The notes: a model not told the origin generated them from the letters alone. Shown: positions 25,663-33,831, numbered from the stretch's first letter. The stretch is 64,000 nucleotides of DNA from Bacillota bacterium (GCA_009784185.1 WRCD01000001.1:193698-257697); one strand, 5' to 3'. Translations and numbers: made by a program.

Positions 25663-25789
25663 TTTATGTTGCTCCTTATAAATGTTGGTGAATTATTTAT
25701 ATGAAAGCTGCATTTAGCGTATAATAATTATGCTTATTTTGTTGTGGCTTTAATATTGTTTTTTTGGCTGAATATGCTATAATTTGCTT

Positions 25790-27061
25790 ATGGGATGGTT
25801 TAAAAATTTATTTGGGAAAAGAAGCATTACTCTTTCTAAAGAACAGAAAGATGATTTTATTTCGCCGGTTAAACTTAAAGGCAATTCCTTAAATATTGAC
25901 GGCAAGTTAAGCGTGCCCGAGGGTTTTTCGGCAGTTATTGTTTGCAAGGGCAAGCCAATGGAGGTGTTTAATGCCGGCGAGCACGTACTTGGGCTGGCTT
26001 ATATACCTAAGATAACAAAAGCGCTGAATCTTAGCAAGGGCAAGGTTGTGCGCAGGAAAAACTCGGTAAATGTGGTTCTCCCCAAAAAGTTTAAAGCCGA
26101 TTTGTATTATGTTAATCTGAAAGAGTTTTTGGGCCAGGTGTGGGAAACGAGCGGTGTGGAGGTTAAAAGCAAAACCTACGGCTATTTTTCGTACAGGGCA
26201 AACGGCGTGTTTGGGTTTCGGGTTAAGGACCCGACTCATGCGGTTAAACTATTTTTAATAGATTGGGCGGTAATCAGGCCCGGCAGGGCGCTCCACAAGG
26301 TAAGATATTATTTTGGAGATGTTGCGGCGGGCATATTTAGAACGGGCAGGCATGAAGAGCCGGAGCAGATTATGGATTATGAGCTTATGAGTAAGGGGCT
26401 GGCGGAAAAGGTTGGTAAGGAATTTTTAAAATACGGTATTGAAATAACCGGAGCGGAATTAATTGGCATACATCTGCCAAAAGATGTTTCGCGCAGGATT
26501 GCTGAAGTAACGGGCGCAGAAGCCGACGGGGCGGAAGCACTGGTTGATAATGACAACAAATATCAGGCACCGGAATATGCTCCGCCGGAAGACAGGGCTG
26601 CGTTTTATGACACCGCACTTTCCGAGCCCGAAACGTTTGAGCAGAAGCTGGAGCGCCTTGGCAAAAAGTTTGATGAGCGGGTTGCCGTTACAACGGTTGA
26701 AACCGGCAAGCCAAAGATTTTTGAGGAAGAACAAAACTTTAACTTTGAAACCAAAAATTCCCCTTCTTCGAAGGGGTGGACGCCGGAGGCGGACGGGGTA
26801 GCCGCCGAAGGCGCAAAACCAGATTCTATGCACACAATCCCCCCGGCAGAAGCTGATAGCCCTGCTTCGGTCCCCGCCGCTTCAACCCGCAGACGAAGCC
26901 TGCCGCTTTGCTCCGGCTGCGGTGCAATATTGCCTGTGGGAAGCAAATATTGTACAGAGTGCGGCACGGATAACGGCGGCAAGAAAAAGATTTGCCCGGA
27001 GTGCGGTGCGGAGAATAATGAGGATGCACTGTTTTGCGGGTGCGGAGCGTATTTACAGTGA
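25790..27061 (+). CDS. SPFH (Band 7_1, YdjI-like) domain protein with a C-terminal double zinc ribbon
   Basis: N-terminal GWFKNLFGK.., an SPFH-like core, then CSGCG..CTECG and CPECG..CGCG. A REP-like element is embedded in the linker. Confidence 0.8.
   Translation: MGWFKNLFGKRSITLSKEQKDDFISPVKLKGNSLNIDGKLSVPEGFSAVIVCKGKPMEVFNAGEHVLGLAYIPKITKALNLSKGKVVRRKNSVNVVLPKKFKADLYYVNLKEFLGQVWETSGVEVKSKTYGYFSYRANGVFGFRVKDPTHAVKLFLIDWAVIRPGRALHKVRYYFGDVAAGIFRTGRHEEPEQIMDYELMSKGLAEKVGKEFLKYGIEITGAELIGIHLPKDVSRRIAEVTGAEADGAEALVDNDNKYQAPEYAPPEDRAAFYDTALSEPETFEQKLERLGKKFDERVAVTTVETGKPKIFEEEQNFNFETKNSPSSKGWTPEADGVAAEGAKPDSMHTIPPAEADSPASVPAASTRRRSLPLCSGCGAILPVGSKYCTECGTDNGGKKKICPECGAENNEDALFCGCGAYLQ
26756..26815 (+). 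repeat. REP-like element, long form (family 1), inside the SPFH CDS
   Basis: AATTCCCCTTcttcGAAGGGGTGGA-CGCCggaGGCG-GACGGGGTAGCCGCCgaaGGCGC. It is 60 nt long, in frame and free of stops. Confidence 0.8.
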
Positions 27062-27104
27062 ACAAGGAACAGGTAACAACTATGGGTCGCTTACGCTCCA
27101 AAAA
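27058..27104 (+). repeat. Half-copy of the heptamer-arm element (family 2)
   Basis: GTGAACAAGGAACAGGTAACAACTATGGGTCGCTTACGCTCCAAAAA. Overlaps the SPFH stop codon. Confidence 0.85.
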
Positions 27105-27123
27105 TCAAGAGGAGAAAATAATT

Positions 27124-27366
27124 ATGAAAACATCAACAAAAATAACAGCTGATATGACTATTAACGAAGTGCTTAAAATCAGTAAGCAGGCGGCAGGTGT
27201 GCTTATGGGCTTTGGTATGCATTGCTTTGGATGCCCAATGGCAAGGAGCGAAACCATAGCGGAAGCCACAGCGGCGCATGGCGCGGATTTGGAGCTTATG
27301 CTGGAGAAGCTTAACGAAACTGTAGGTGATAACGCCTGCGGTGGATGCTGCCGAAAAGGGTGTTAA
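27124..27366 (+). CDS. DUF1858-like small redox/disulfide protein
   Basis: ITADMTINEVL......VLMGFGMHCFGCPMARSETIAEA...HG.D. AGAGGAG RBS before ATG 27124. Confidence 0.75.
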   Translation: MKTSTKITADMTINEVLKISKQAAGVLMGFGMHCFGCPMARSETIAEATAAHGADLELMLEKLNETVGDNACGGCCRKGC

Positions 27367-27424
27367 AACAGGTAACAGGTAACAAGGAACAGGTAACAAC
27401 TATGGGTCGCTAGCGCTCCAAAAA
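27366..27424 (+). repeat. Half-copy of the heptamer-arm element (family 2)
   Basis: AACAGGTAACAGGTAACAAGGAACAGGTAACAACTATGGGTCGCTAGCGCTCCAAAAA. A 44-nt stretch matches 27061-27104 with 2 mismatches. Confidence 0.85.
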
Positions 27425-27431
27425 CACTAGC

Positions 27432-27465
27432 CAAAATTCCCTTCTACAGGAGGGGAATTTTTTTG
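27432..27465 (+). terminator. Family-1 minimal hairpin acting as a probable intrinsic terminator
   Basis: AAAATTCCCTTCtacagGAGGGGAATT plus T7. Confidence 0.6.
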
Positions 27466-27522
27466 GGATGGTCTTTGTTCTTTTAACAGCCCTTCTTGTA
27501 GATGGGAATTTTTATTTCGGTA

Positions 27523-27551
27523 TTGACAGATAGTCCAACCTGTGATACTAT
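27523..27551 (+). promoter_or_regulatory. Promoter of the orphan two-gene operon
   Basis: TTGACA, 17 nt spacer, TGaTACTAT (extended -10). Confidence 0.6.
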
Positions 27552-27577
27552 GTGTAGTATAAGAGGGAGAAGTGTTT

Positions 27578-30500
27578 ATGGACTTGCAGAAGATATTAGC
27601 CTTAGACATTCCGGAAGGCGAACTTGATATCCGCCGTTTTTCGTTGAAGGAGCTGCAGGCTCTTTTTGTTCCGAGGAATCCTAAGATGCTTGAACTGGGC
27701 TTATGGGAAATTGCAAGTCAGGCCAGCCGTGTTGCAGGTGTAACTACTCCAAGCAGAAAGGTTTTTGCTGCAGAGATATTAAATAAAATGAAATCCGCCA
27801 TAGATTTTCTGGCGTGGAATCCCACCGGTAAGTATGACATAAAAACTGTGCGCGGCAATTTCAGTGATTTGGTGCAAACCGAAAAAGCGGTAAAGCAGCT
27901 GCAGAAAGAATTTAGAGACGGCATTTACCGTGGGCTGCTTGCAACAAACGCTTTGGTTTATTCAGATAACAGTACCTTTAATACAAATAGGATTAATGAA
28001 ACATTTAAGGGCAGTCACCGCAAAAAGGCCATACCTAATTTTGAGAGGCTGCTTAGCAAAGCAACGGATGCTTTTGGTATCCCGGGCGGGCAGCTAAACC
28101 TTAAAAGGCTGTATTCAGAAAAAGAAAAGATGCCTGCTTCAAACGCCGAGTTTAGTGCAAAACTGAAAAAAAGACACGATATGTATTGGAATACAAGCAA
28201 TATTCATATTGACCGAAATAGGACTTATACGGTTGCTTTTAATGCGGAAATTGTTGATATGCTGAAAGAGCTGCATGACTACAGTAACACTAAAATCTGG
28301 GCGCAGCCAAAAACAGATGCGGCGGCAGATAACGCTGAATGGATGAAGGAAAAGACAAAAGAGCCCGGCAAACGGGAACTAAACCAAATTAAGTGGCTGG
28401 AAGAGCGTGGCTTGCCGCTTAGCACTCCCAAAGCCGAAATAAACAGGCGCAAAAGCAATGAAAATGCAAGCAACTTTTATTTTAAGAAAAAGGCTGAAGA
28501 AGCAGGCGTTACGGTAGAGCGCTACAAGCAAATGCAAGCCGAACAAGCTGAACTAAAGAAGGCGGAAAAGCCTAAAAGAGTTAAGCTTAGCAGCGAAGAG
28601 CAAAGGGCAAAACAGACTGCGTATGCAAAAGAGAGATATGCGAGAGTTGAGGCCGAAAAAGCCGGGATAACTATAGAAGAGTGGAAAGAACAAAAGGACA
28701 AAAAACAAGCTGCCCGCAAAGAGCAGCGCTTAAATGCGGGCACCGGGGATTTTGCCAGAATTGCATATCTTACGGCACATAACCTGCCAATGGATACTAG
28801 TGACGAAAAGATTGCTGAAATTAAAAAACAAGAGCACAGTCTGGGCATTGCGGCAAAAAACCCAAAATCCGGGCTGACTGATGCCGAGCGTGCGGCAATA
28901 ATAGCTGACAGGGAAGAGAAACTGCTAGTTTACAACAGAGTTTATATGTTACTTTTTGACAGAGCAAAAAAAGCGGTAAAAAAGGCGGCGGAGGCTCCAA
29001 ACAAAGAATTTAATGAGGCAATTGCTCATGCCACTGTTCCGGCTGATACAGGGCTATCTACATATAACAGGATATTTATTAAAGAGGAACTAAAATCGGA
29101 GCTGTTTGATTTCAACCCCGTGTTTGGCAAATGGGGCGAGAATATTCAAAACAGGGTTTCCCGGCTAAATGCGGCTAAGCCTGCAAAAAAGCCAAAAACA
29201 AAAGAAGAAAGGAAAGAGTATAATAAAACCTGGTACTTAAAAAATGCCGCCAAAAGGGCGGGGCTGGAAACAGCAGAACAATACCTGGAAATGAAGGCTA
29301 ACAAACCTGTAAAGCCAAAAGTAACCTACAAGAGAGATAAAGACAAGGCATACGAATACAACAAAGAATATCGGGCAAACGAGACATATCGGGGACTTGC
29401 CAGCCCAGAGGCAGCCGTTAAGGCATTTTCTGTTTTGCCGGATGAGCCGTTATACGAGCTTAACTACCTGTACGGAAAACATGGCAATCCATTAAATACC
29501 AGGCGTGAGTTAGCTAAGTTTGCTCCGCCGGGAGCGCAACACGATGTGCAGAAAGAAAAGTGGCGGAATAAACACGCAGAAAACAGAGCTAAAGAGCTTG
29601 GCATAACGATTGACGAATATCGGGAAGACAGAAATGCAAAGAAAGTGCCGGGGGTGCTTGAGCAAAAAAGAATCCAATGGCTGCAAGAACGCGGACTGCC
29701 GTTGGATACGCCTAAAGAAAGGATAAGAACATTGAAAAACCAGAGCCATTCAAACAATTACAATTGGAAGAAAGCTGCTGAAAAGGCCGGAATATCGGTG
29801 GAGGTGTATTTAGAGCAAAAGGCTGCAAAGGAAGCAGAGCGTGAGGCTGAAAAAACAGGCAAAGAAAAGGCCGGTGCAATAATGGGCTTTTTTAAGGCTG
29901 CCGATAAAGCGGAAGCAAGCAAGCCGCTTAAAATGATTGGCGGAGGAAACTGGGAAAACTGGAAGGCGCTTCAGGCAAGCCGTAGGCGTATAATTGACCA
30001 ATACGGTTTGGGAAACGATGCAACCAACGGTGCTATATTAAAAAAGACTATAGCCGAAACTAAAGATTTTAACAGCGCAATTACTCATGCGTCGGTGCCG
30101 GCTGATACTACTCTTGCCAACTATGACATTTTGTTTACCGGCAAGGGCGAGCAAAGGACCGGGCTCGTCGAGTTTAACACCGCATTTGGCAAATGGGGTG
30201 CCAGCCTTGCCGCACGGCGCAAGGTGCTTAGCGCTATTACTCCGCAAGAGATTAAAGAAGCCGAACTTGCTGACTCTCGTTCGCTAATAAGCAGGCAGGA
30301 GCTTATAGAAAAGTACGGGCTTAGTGCGGACGCCGATAAAGAAACTATATCATCTTACCGCAGGAAAGAAGCCGTTGGAAGGGCCAGGGCAAAAACAGGG
30401 TCTGTACCAAGAGTAAAAATGACTGAAGAAGAGAAGAAAGCAAAGAAAAATGATTACATGAAAAGGTACAATACAGGCCGCAAAAAAGAATTGAGACACG

Positions 30501-31180
30501 AAAGGGCGGCTGATAAGAGATTTACAGAATCGCATGACTTGATTAAGGATGAAATAAATGAGGTGTTTGGCAGAATCGGACAGACAGCCTCCGGCAGGCC
30601 AAAGTCATATAGCTCTCTGGTAAAAGAGAGAAGTGATACCATAGTAAAGAATGACAATCTTGAACATGAAAAATTCAGCGCGCATGAGGGCAGCCTGGCT
30701 ATGGCCGAAGACGCACTAAACAGGTATGAAGAGGCGCTGAGTTATTTTCCCGGCACCAAGTTTGTTTCAACCAATGCTTTAGAGGATATAGCAATTGGGT
30801 ACAGGCGTGCGTTCTGCAAAGCGGACGGAGTTATGGCGTCCAGACGATGGCGTGAAAAGGTGAGGGCAGGAGAAGCAGTTGTTGAGGATGATTGGACCAG
30901 AAAAATTTTAGATAGTGCCGAGGCAATTAAGCCTACATGGAGCAGCAGTGACCTGGGACTGGGCTTTATAGACTTCAGGGAGTCTGTGCCTAACTTTATC
31001 GGCTTTAACACCAACCCGTTGATGAGTGCGTATAAAAGCATGGAAGGCACGAGAGAAGTTACGAGAACCGCATTTGATAAAAACAAACTGCTGGAGTACA
31101 TTGCGGGCAAGCGTGAGCGCATTGCAGAACTGCGCTCGGCTAGGGCAGCCAAAGCTAACGCACAAGCGGCGGAAAGATGA
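27578..31180 (+). CDS. Hypothetical 1200-aa highly charged protein with internal duplications and HTH-like short repeats
   Basis: GGGAGAAG RBS. Duplicated modules aa 270-320/696-748 and 479-536/832-889. Recurrent A.[KRE][AL]G[ILV][TS][IV][ED]E[YW] motif. No known family recognised. Confidence 0.9.
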   Translation: MDLQKILALDIPEGELDIRRFSLKELQALFVPRNPKMLELGLWEIASQASRVAGVTTPSRKVFAAEILNKMKSAIDFLAWNPTGKYDIKTVRGNFSDLVQTEKAVKQLQKEFRDGIYRGLLATNALVYSDNSTFNTNRINETFKGSHRKKAIPNFERLLSKATDAFGIPGGQLNLKRLYSEKEKMPASNAEFSAKLKKRHDMYWNTSNIHIDRNRTYTVAFNAEIVDMLKELHDYSNTKIWAQPKTDAAADNAEWMKEKTKEPGKRELNQIKWLEERGLPLSTPKAEINRRKSNENASNFYFKKKAEEAGVTVERYKQMQAEQAELKKAEKPKRVKLSSEEQRAKQTAYAKERYARVEAEKAGITIEEWKEQKDKKQAARKEQRLNAGTGDFARIAYLTAHNLPMDTSDEKIAEIKKQEHSLGIAAKNPKSGLTDAERAAIIADREEKLLVYNRVYMLLFDRAKKAVKKAAEAPNKEFNEAIAHATVPADTGLSTYNRIFIKEELKSELFDFNPVFGKWGENIQNRVSRLNAAKPAKKPKTKEERKEYNKTWYLKNAAKRAGLETAEQYLEMKANKPVKPKVTYKRDKDKAYEYNKEYRANETYRGLASPEAAVKAFSVLPDEPLYELNYLYGKHGNPLNTRRELAKFAPPGAQHDVQKEKWRNKHAENRAKELGITIDEYREDRNAKKVPGVLEQKRIQWLQERGLPLDTPKERIRTLKNQSHSNNYNWKKAAEKAGISVEVYLEQKAAKEAEREAEKTGKEKAGAIMGFFKAADKAEASKPLKMIGGGNWENWKALQASRRRIIDQYGLGNDATNGAILKKTIAETKDFNSAITHASVPADTTLANYDILFTGKGEQRTGLVEFNTAFGKWGASLAARRKVLSAITPQEIKEAELADSRSLISRQELIEKYGLSADADKETISSYRRKEAVGRARAKTGSVPRVKMTEEEKKAKKNDYMKRYNTGRKKELRHERAADKRFTESHDLIKDEINEVFGRIGQTASGRPKSYSSLVKERSDTIVKNDNLEHEKFSAHEGSLAMAEDALNRYEEALSYFPGTKFVSTNALEDIAIGYRRAFCKADGVMASRRWREKVRAGEAVVEDDWTRKILDSAEAIKPTWSSSDLGLGFIDFRESVPNFIGFNTNPLMSAYKSMEGTREVTRTAFDKNKLLEYIAGKRERIAELRSARAAKANAQAAER

Positions 31181-31920
31181 TAGAAGACAGATTTCCAACA
31201 ACGTCTGAGCTGATAAAGCGGTATAGGCTTGCAAAGCTTAACGAAATTGATTTAAGACACGAGCGCATTGAGACCGCAAAAAAAGGTTTCAACTTATGGG
31301 ATGTTGATTTTGATGAGGTTTTAAGTTTTGCTAAAGAATATGGGATTAAATGCGGCGCCACTGCAATGGCGTGTCTTGTTTTGCTGGAGGCAGTTACTCT
31401 TGCCGAATGGATGGATGCAAAGCGTGGAGAATTAACCAAGCCGGGCGGTTATACAAAACGGAAAAACAGCGCCCATGAAAAGTTTATAGCGCAATCAACT
31501 GATAAGTTTACAGGTTTCCAGCGGACAGCGGCAGAAAAAGCGGAGGAGACGGTAAGGGTTGTTGGTCAGATTGTTGAGCTTGGTAAAAGTGCTCCGGTTT
31601 TTGGACAGGTGCTGCGTACAGACCTAGCCGCTAAGCTGGATGCTTTAATGGACAAGCGCCAGGAACTTAGTGCGCTTACATGGGATGCAAACACTCTGAA
31701 TGATATTCTGAAACCGCTTGTAGGCGTTTTATGTTCACGAAATGAAGAAGGTAAACAGCTTCACTGTTCTGCTTCGGATAGGAAATGTAGGTATGTAAAG
31801 GAGGCAAGAATGGAGATGCGCTACATTCTGGATAATGCTTACAAGCAGGGCAATGCGGGGCAGAAAACAGCTGACGTGGCAGCGGGGCGCAAAGAGCAAA
31901 ACAGTTTTGAGAGAAGATAA
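31177..31920 (+). CDS. Hypothetical protein, 247 aa, translationally coupled to the upstream giant ORF
   Basis: ATGA start/stop overlap at 31177-31180. No motif recognised. Confidence 0.75.
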   Translation: MIEDRFPTTSELIKRYRLAKLNEIDLRHERIETAKKGFNLWDVDFDEVLSFAKEYGIKCGATAMACLVLLEAVTLAEWMDAKRGELTKPGGYTKRKNSAHEKFIAQSTDKFTGFQRTAAEKAEETVRVVGQIVELGKSAPVFGQVLRTDLAAKLDALMDKRQELSALTWDANTLNDILKPLVGVLCSRNEEGKQLHCSASDRKCRYVKEARMEMRYILDNAYKQGNAGQKTADVAAGRKEQNSFERR

Positions 31921-31922
31921 AC

Positions 31923-31954
31923 AAAAAGGAGCAGGATAAGCTCCTTTTTGTTTT
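31923..31954 (+). terminator. Intrinsic terminator
   Basis: AAAAAGGAGC-aggataa-GCTCCTTTTTGTTTT. Confidence 0.85.
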
Positions 31955-31973
31955 AAAATCTTTTTAAAAAGTG

Positions 31974-32002
31974 TTGACATTAGTAAACGCCTAGTATATA
32001 AT
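31974..32002 (+). promoter_or_regulatory. S10 operon promoter, followed by a leader of about 230 nt
   Basis: AT-rich UP-like tract, then TTGACA, 17 nt spacer, TATAAT. Confidence 0.7.
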
Positions 32003-32234
32003 GGACTATCTGTGAATATGGGTTGAGGTAAGAAGTTACTTGGAAATGCAATAGTTTTTGAGAGAATTCTTACTGACAAGTGTGGCAAAAGCCATGCGGC
32101 TCGGCGGTTAAAACAAAGATGAATACTAAGGTTTCTTCTTTTTTTAATTCACAGCAGGACACACACGGGTAAGTTTACACGCGTGTGCGCTATATGTAAG
32201 CCCGAGAATAAAAACAAACTAAAATGGAGGGTGT

Positions 32235-32543
32235 ATGGCTACACAAAAAATCAGAATTAAGTTAAAGTCTTTTGACCCGAGCTTAATTGACCAGGCTGCC
32301 GCTCGTATTATCGATGCAGCTAAAAAGGCAGGTTGTACTATCAGCGGACCGGTTCCGCTTCCTACTGACAAGGAAATTATTACAATACTGCGTTCGCCTC
32401 ACGTAAACAAAGACAGCCGTGAGCAGTTTGAACTTAGAACACACAAAAGATTAATCGACATCTACAGCCCAAGCACTAAGGCAATGGACACGCTTACCAA
32501 GCTTGATTTGCCTGCCGGCGTAGACATTAAGATTAAGCTGTAA
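32235..32543 (+). CDS. rpsJ: 30S ribosomal protein S10
   Basis: [10 protein letters not shown]...LD......I......G....GP.PLPT. Confidence 0.97.
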   Translation: MATQKIRIKLKSFDPSLIDQAAARIIDAAKKAGCTISGPVPLPTDKEIITILRSPHVNKDSREQFELRTHKRLIDIYSPSTKAMDTLTKLDLPAGVDIKIKL

Positions 32544-32565
32544 GAACAGGGAAGGGAGATTAATT

Positions 32566-33201
32566 ATGGAGAAAGCAATTTTAGGCAAAAAGCTTGGTAT
32601 GACTCAAGTTTTTGCGGCCAATGGTCTTGTTGTTCCTGTTACTGTTGTTGAGGCGGTTCCTAATATAGTTACTCAGGTTAAGAGTACCGACAAGGACGGC
32701 TATGATGCAGTGGTAGTAGCTTACGGCGAGGTTCGCGAAAATTTAGTTAGCAAGCCGGCGGCCGGGCAATTCAGCAAAGCGGGAGTTGCACCAAAGAGCA
32801 CTCTCAGAGAGCTTAAGTTAAGCGGTGCTAAAGACTACTCAATCGGTCAGGAAATTAACTGCAGCCAGTTTAAAGAAGGCGATAAAGTTGACGTTATAGG
32901 CAATTCCAGAGGGCGTGGTTTTACGGGCAGTATTTTTAGATGGAACATGAAGCGTCAGCCAATGACGCACGGCGGCAACAAGGTACACAGAAAGCACAGC
33001 ATGGGCGGAGGCGGTTCGGGCGTTTGCAAGGTTTTTAAAGGCAAGCGCATGGCAGGCCGTTACGGCGGCACCAAAGTGACCGTACAGAATCTGGAAGTGG
33101 TGAGAGTCGACACCGAGCGCAGCCTGATTTTACTTAAGGGCGCAGTACCCGGTCCGCGCAACAGCGTGGTTACCATACGCAACGCCATTAAGGGGGTTTA
33201 A
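32566..33201 (+). CDS. rplC: 50S ribosomal protein L3
   Basis: ILGKKLGMTQVF.., FKGKRMAGRYGG motif; operon position. Confidence 0.97.
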   Translation: MEKAILGKKLGMTQVFAANGLVVPVTVVEAVPNIVTQVKSTDKDGYDAVVVAYGEVRENLVSKPAAGQFSKAGVAPKSTLRELKLSGAKDYSIGQEINCSQFKEGDKVDVIGNSRGRGFTGSIFRWNMKRQPMTHGGNKVHRKHSMGGGGSGVCKVFKGKRMAGRYGGTKVTVQNLEVVRVDTERSLILLKGAVPGPRNSVVTIRNAIKGV

Positions 33202-33204
33202 GAT

Positions 33205-33831
33205 ATGCCAAAAATAAAAGTATTTAACCAGAAGGCTGAAGAAACCGGCACCTTAACCCTATCGGAGGGCGTGTTTGGCGCAGAATTTAACGAGCCGCTG
33301 GTTCATCAAATAGTAGTAGCGCACCTGGCTAATCAGCGTCAGGGCACAAAAGCTGCACTAAGCAGAAGTGATGTTCGCGGAAAGGCTAAAAAACCATGGA
33401 AGCAGAAACACACCGGCAGGGCAAGGCAAGGCAGCCGCAAAGGACCTCAATGGATAGGCGGCGGAATGGCGTTTGCACTTACTCCGCGTGATTTCAGCCA
33501 GAAAGTGAACAAGAAAATGAAAGCGGAAGCCTTTAAATCGGCTCTAAGCGTTAAGGTAACAGACAAGCAGGTTGTGGTGCTGGACGGACTTAAACTTAAA
33601 GACCACAAGACCAGCGGAATGCAGAAAGTGCTGGACGCATTTAAAATAAAGAAAAACGTGCTGCTTGTTACGGCCGGCGCAAACGAAAACATTTTAAAAG
33701 CAGGCGCAAATATTCCTTATTTAAACATTGTAAATGCAGAGCTGCTTAACACATACGAGGTTATGTGCGCAAGTAAGGTAATGTTTACAACCGACGCAAT
33801 TAAAGCAATAGAGGAGGCGTACGCAAAATAA
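33205..33831 (+). CDS. rplD: 50S ribosomal protein L4
   Basis: RQGT.A..SR..V.G..KKPW.QK.TGRAR.GS motif. Confidence 0.97.
   Translation: MPKIKVFNQKAEETGTLTLSEGVFGAEFNEPLVHQIVVAHLANQRQGTKAALSRSDVRGKAKKPWKQKHTGRARQGSRKGPQWIGGGMAFALTPRDFSQKVNKKMKAEAFKSALSVKVTDKQVVVLDGLKLKDHKTSGMQKVLDAFKIKKNVLLVTAGANENILKAGANIPYLNIVNAELLNTYEVMCASKVMFTTDAIKAIEEAYAK

Noticed and set aside
27034-27123. Upstream extension of the DUF1858-like ORF
   Set aside because: It overlaps the SPFH 3' end and the heptamer half-element. An AGAGGAG RBS sits in front of ATG 27124.
32003-32234. S10 leader attenuator (U-rich tract around 32128-32148)
   Set aside because: I could find no convincing stable hairpin preceding the U-tract by eye. 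It is noted only as a long leader.
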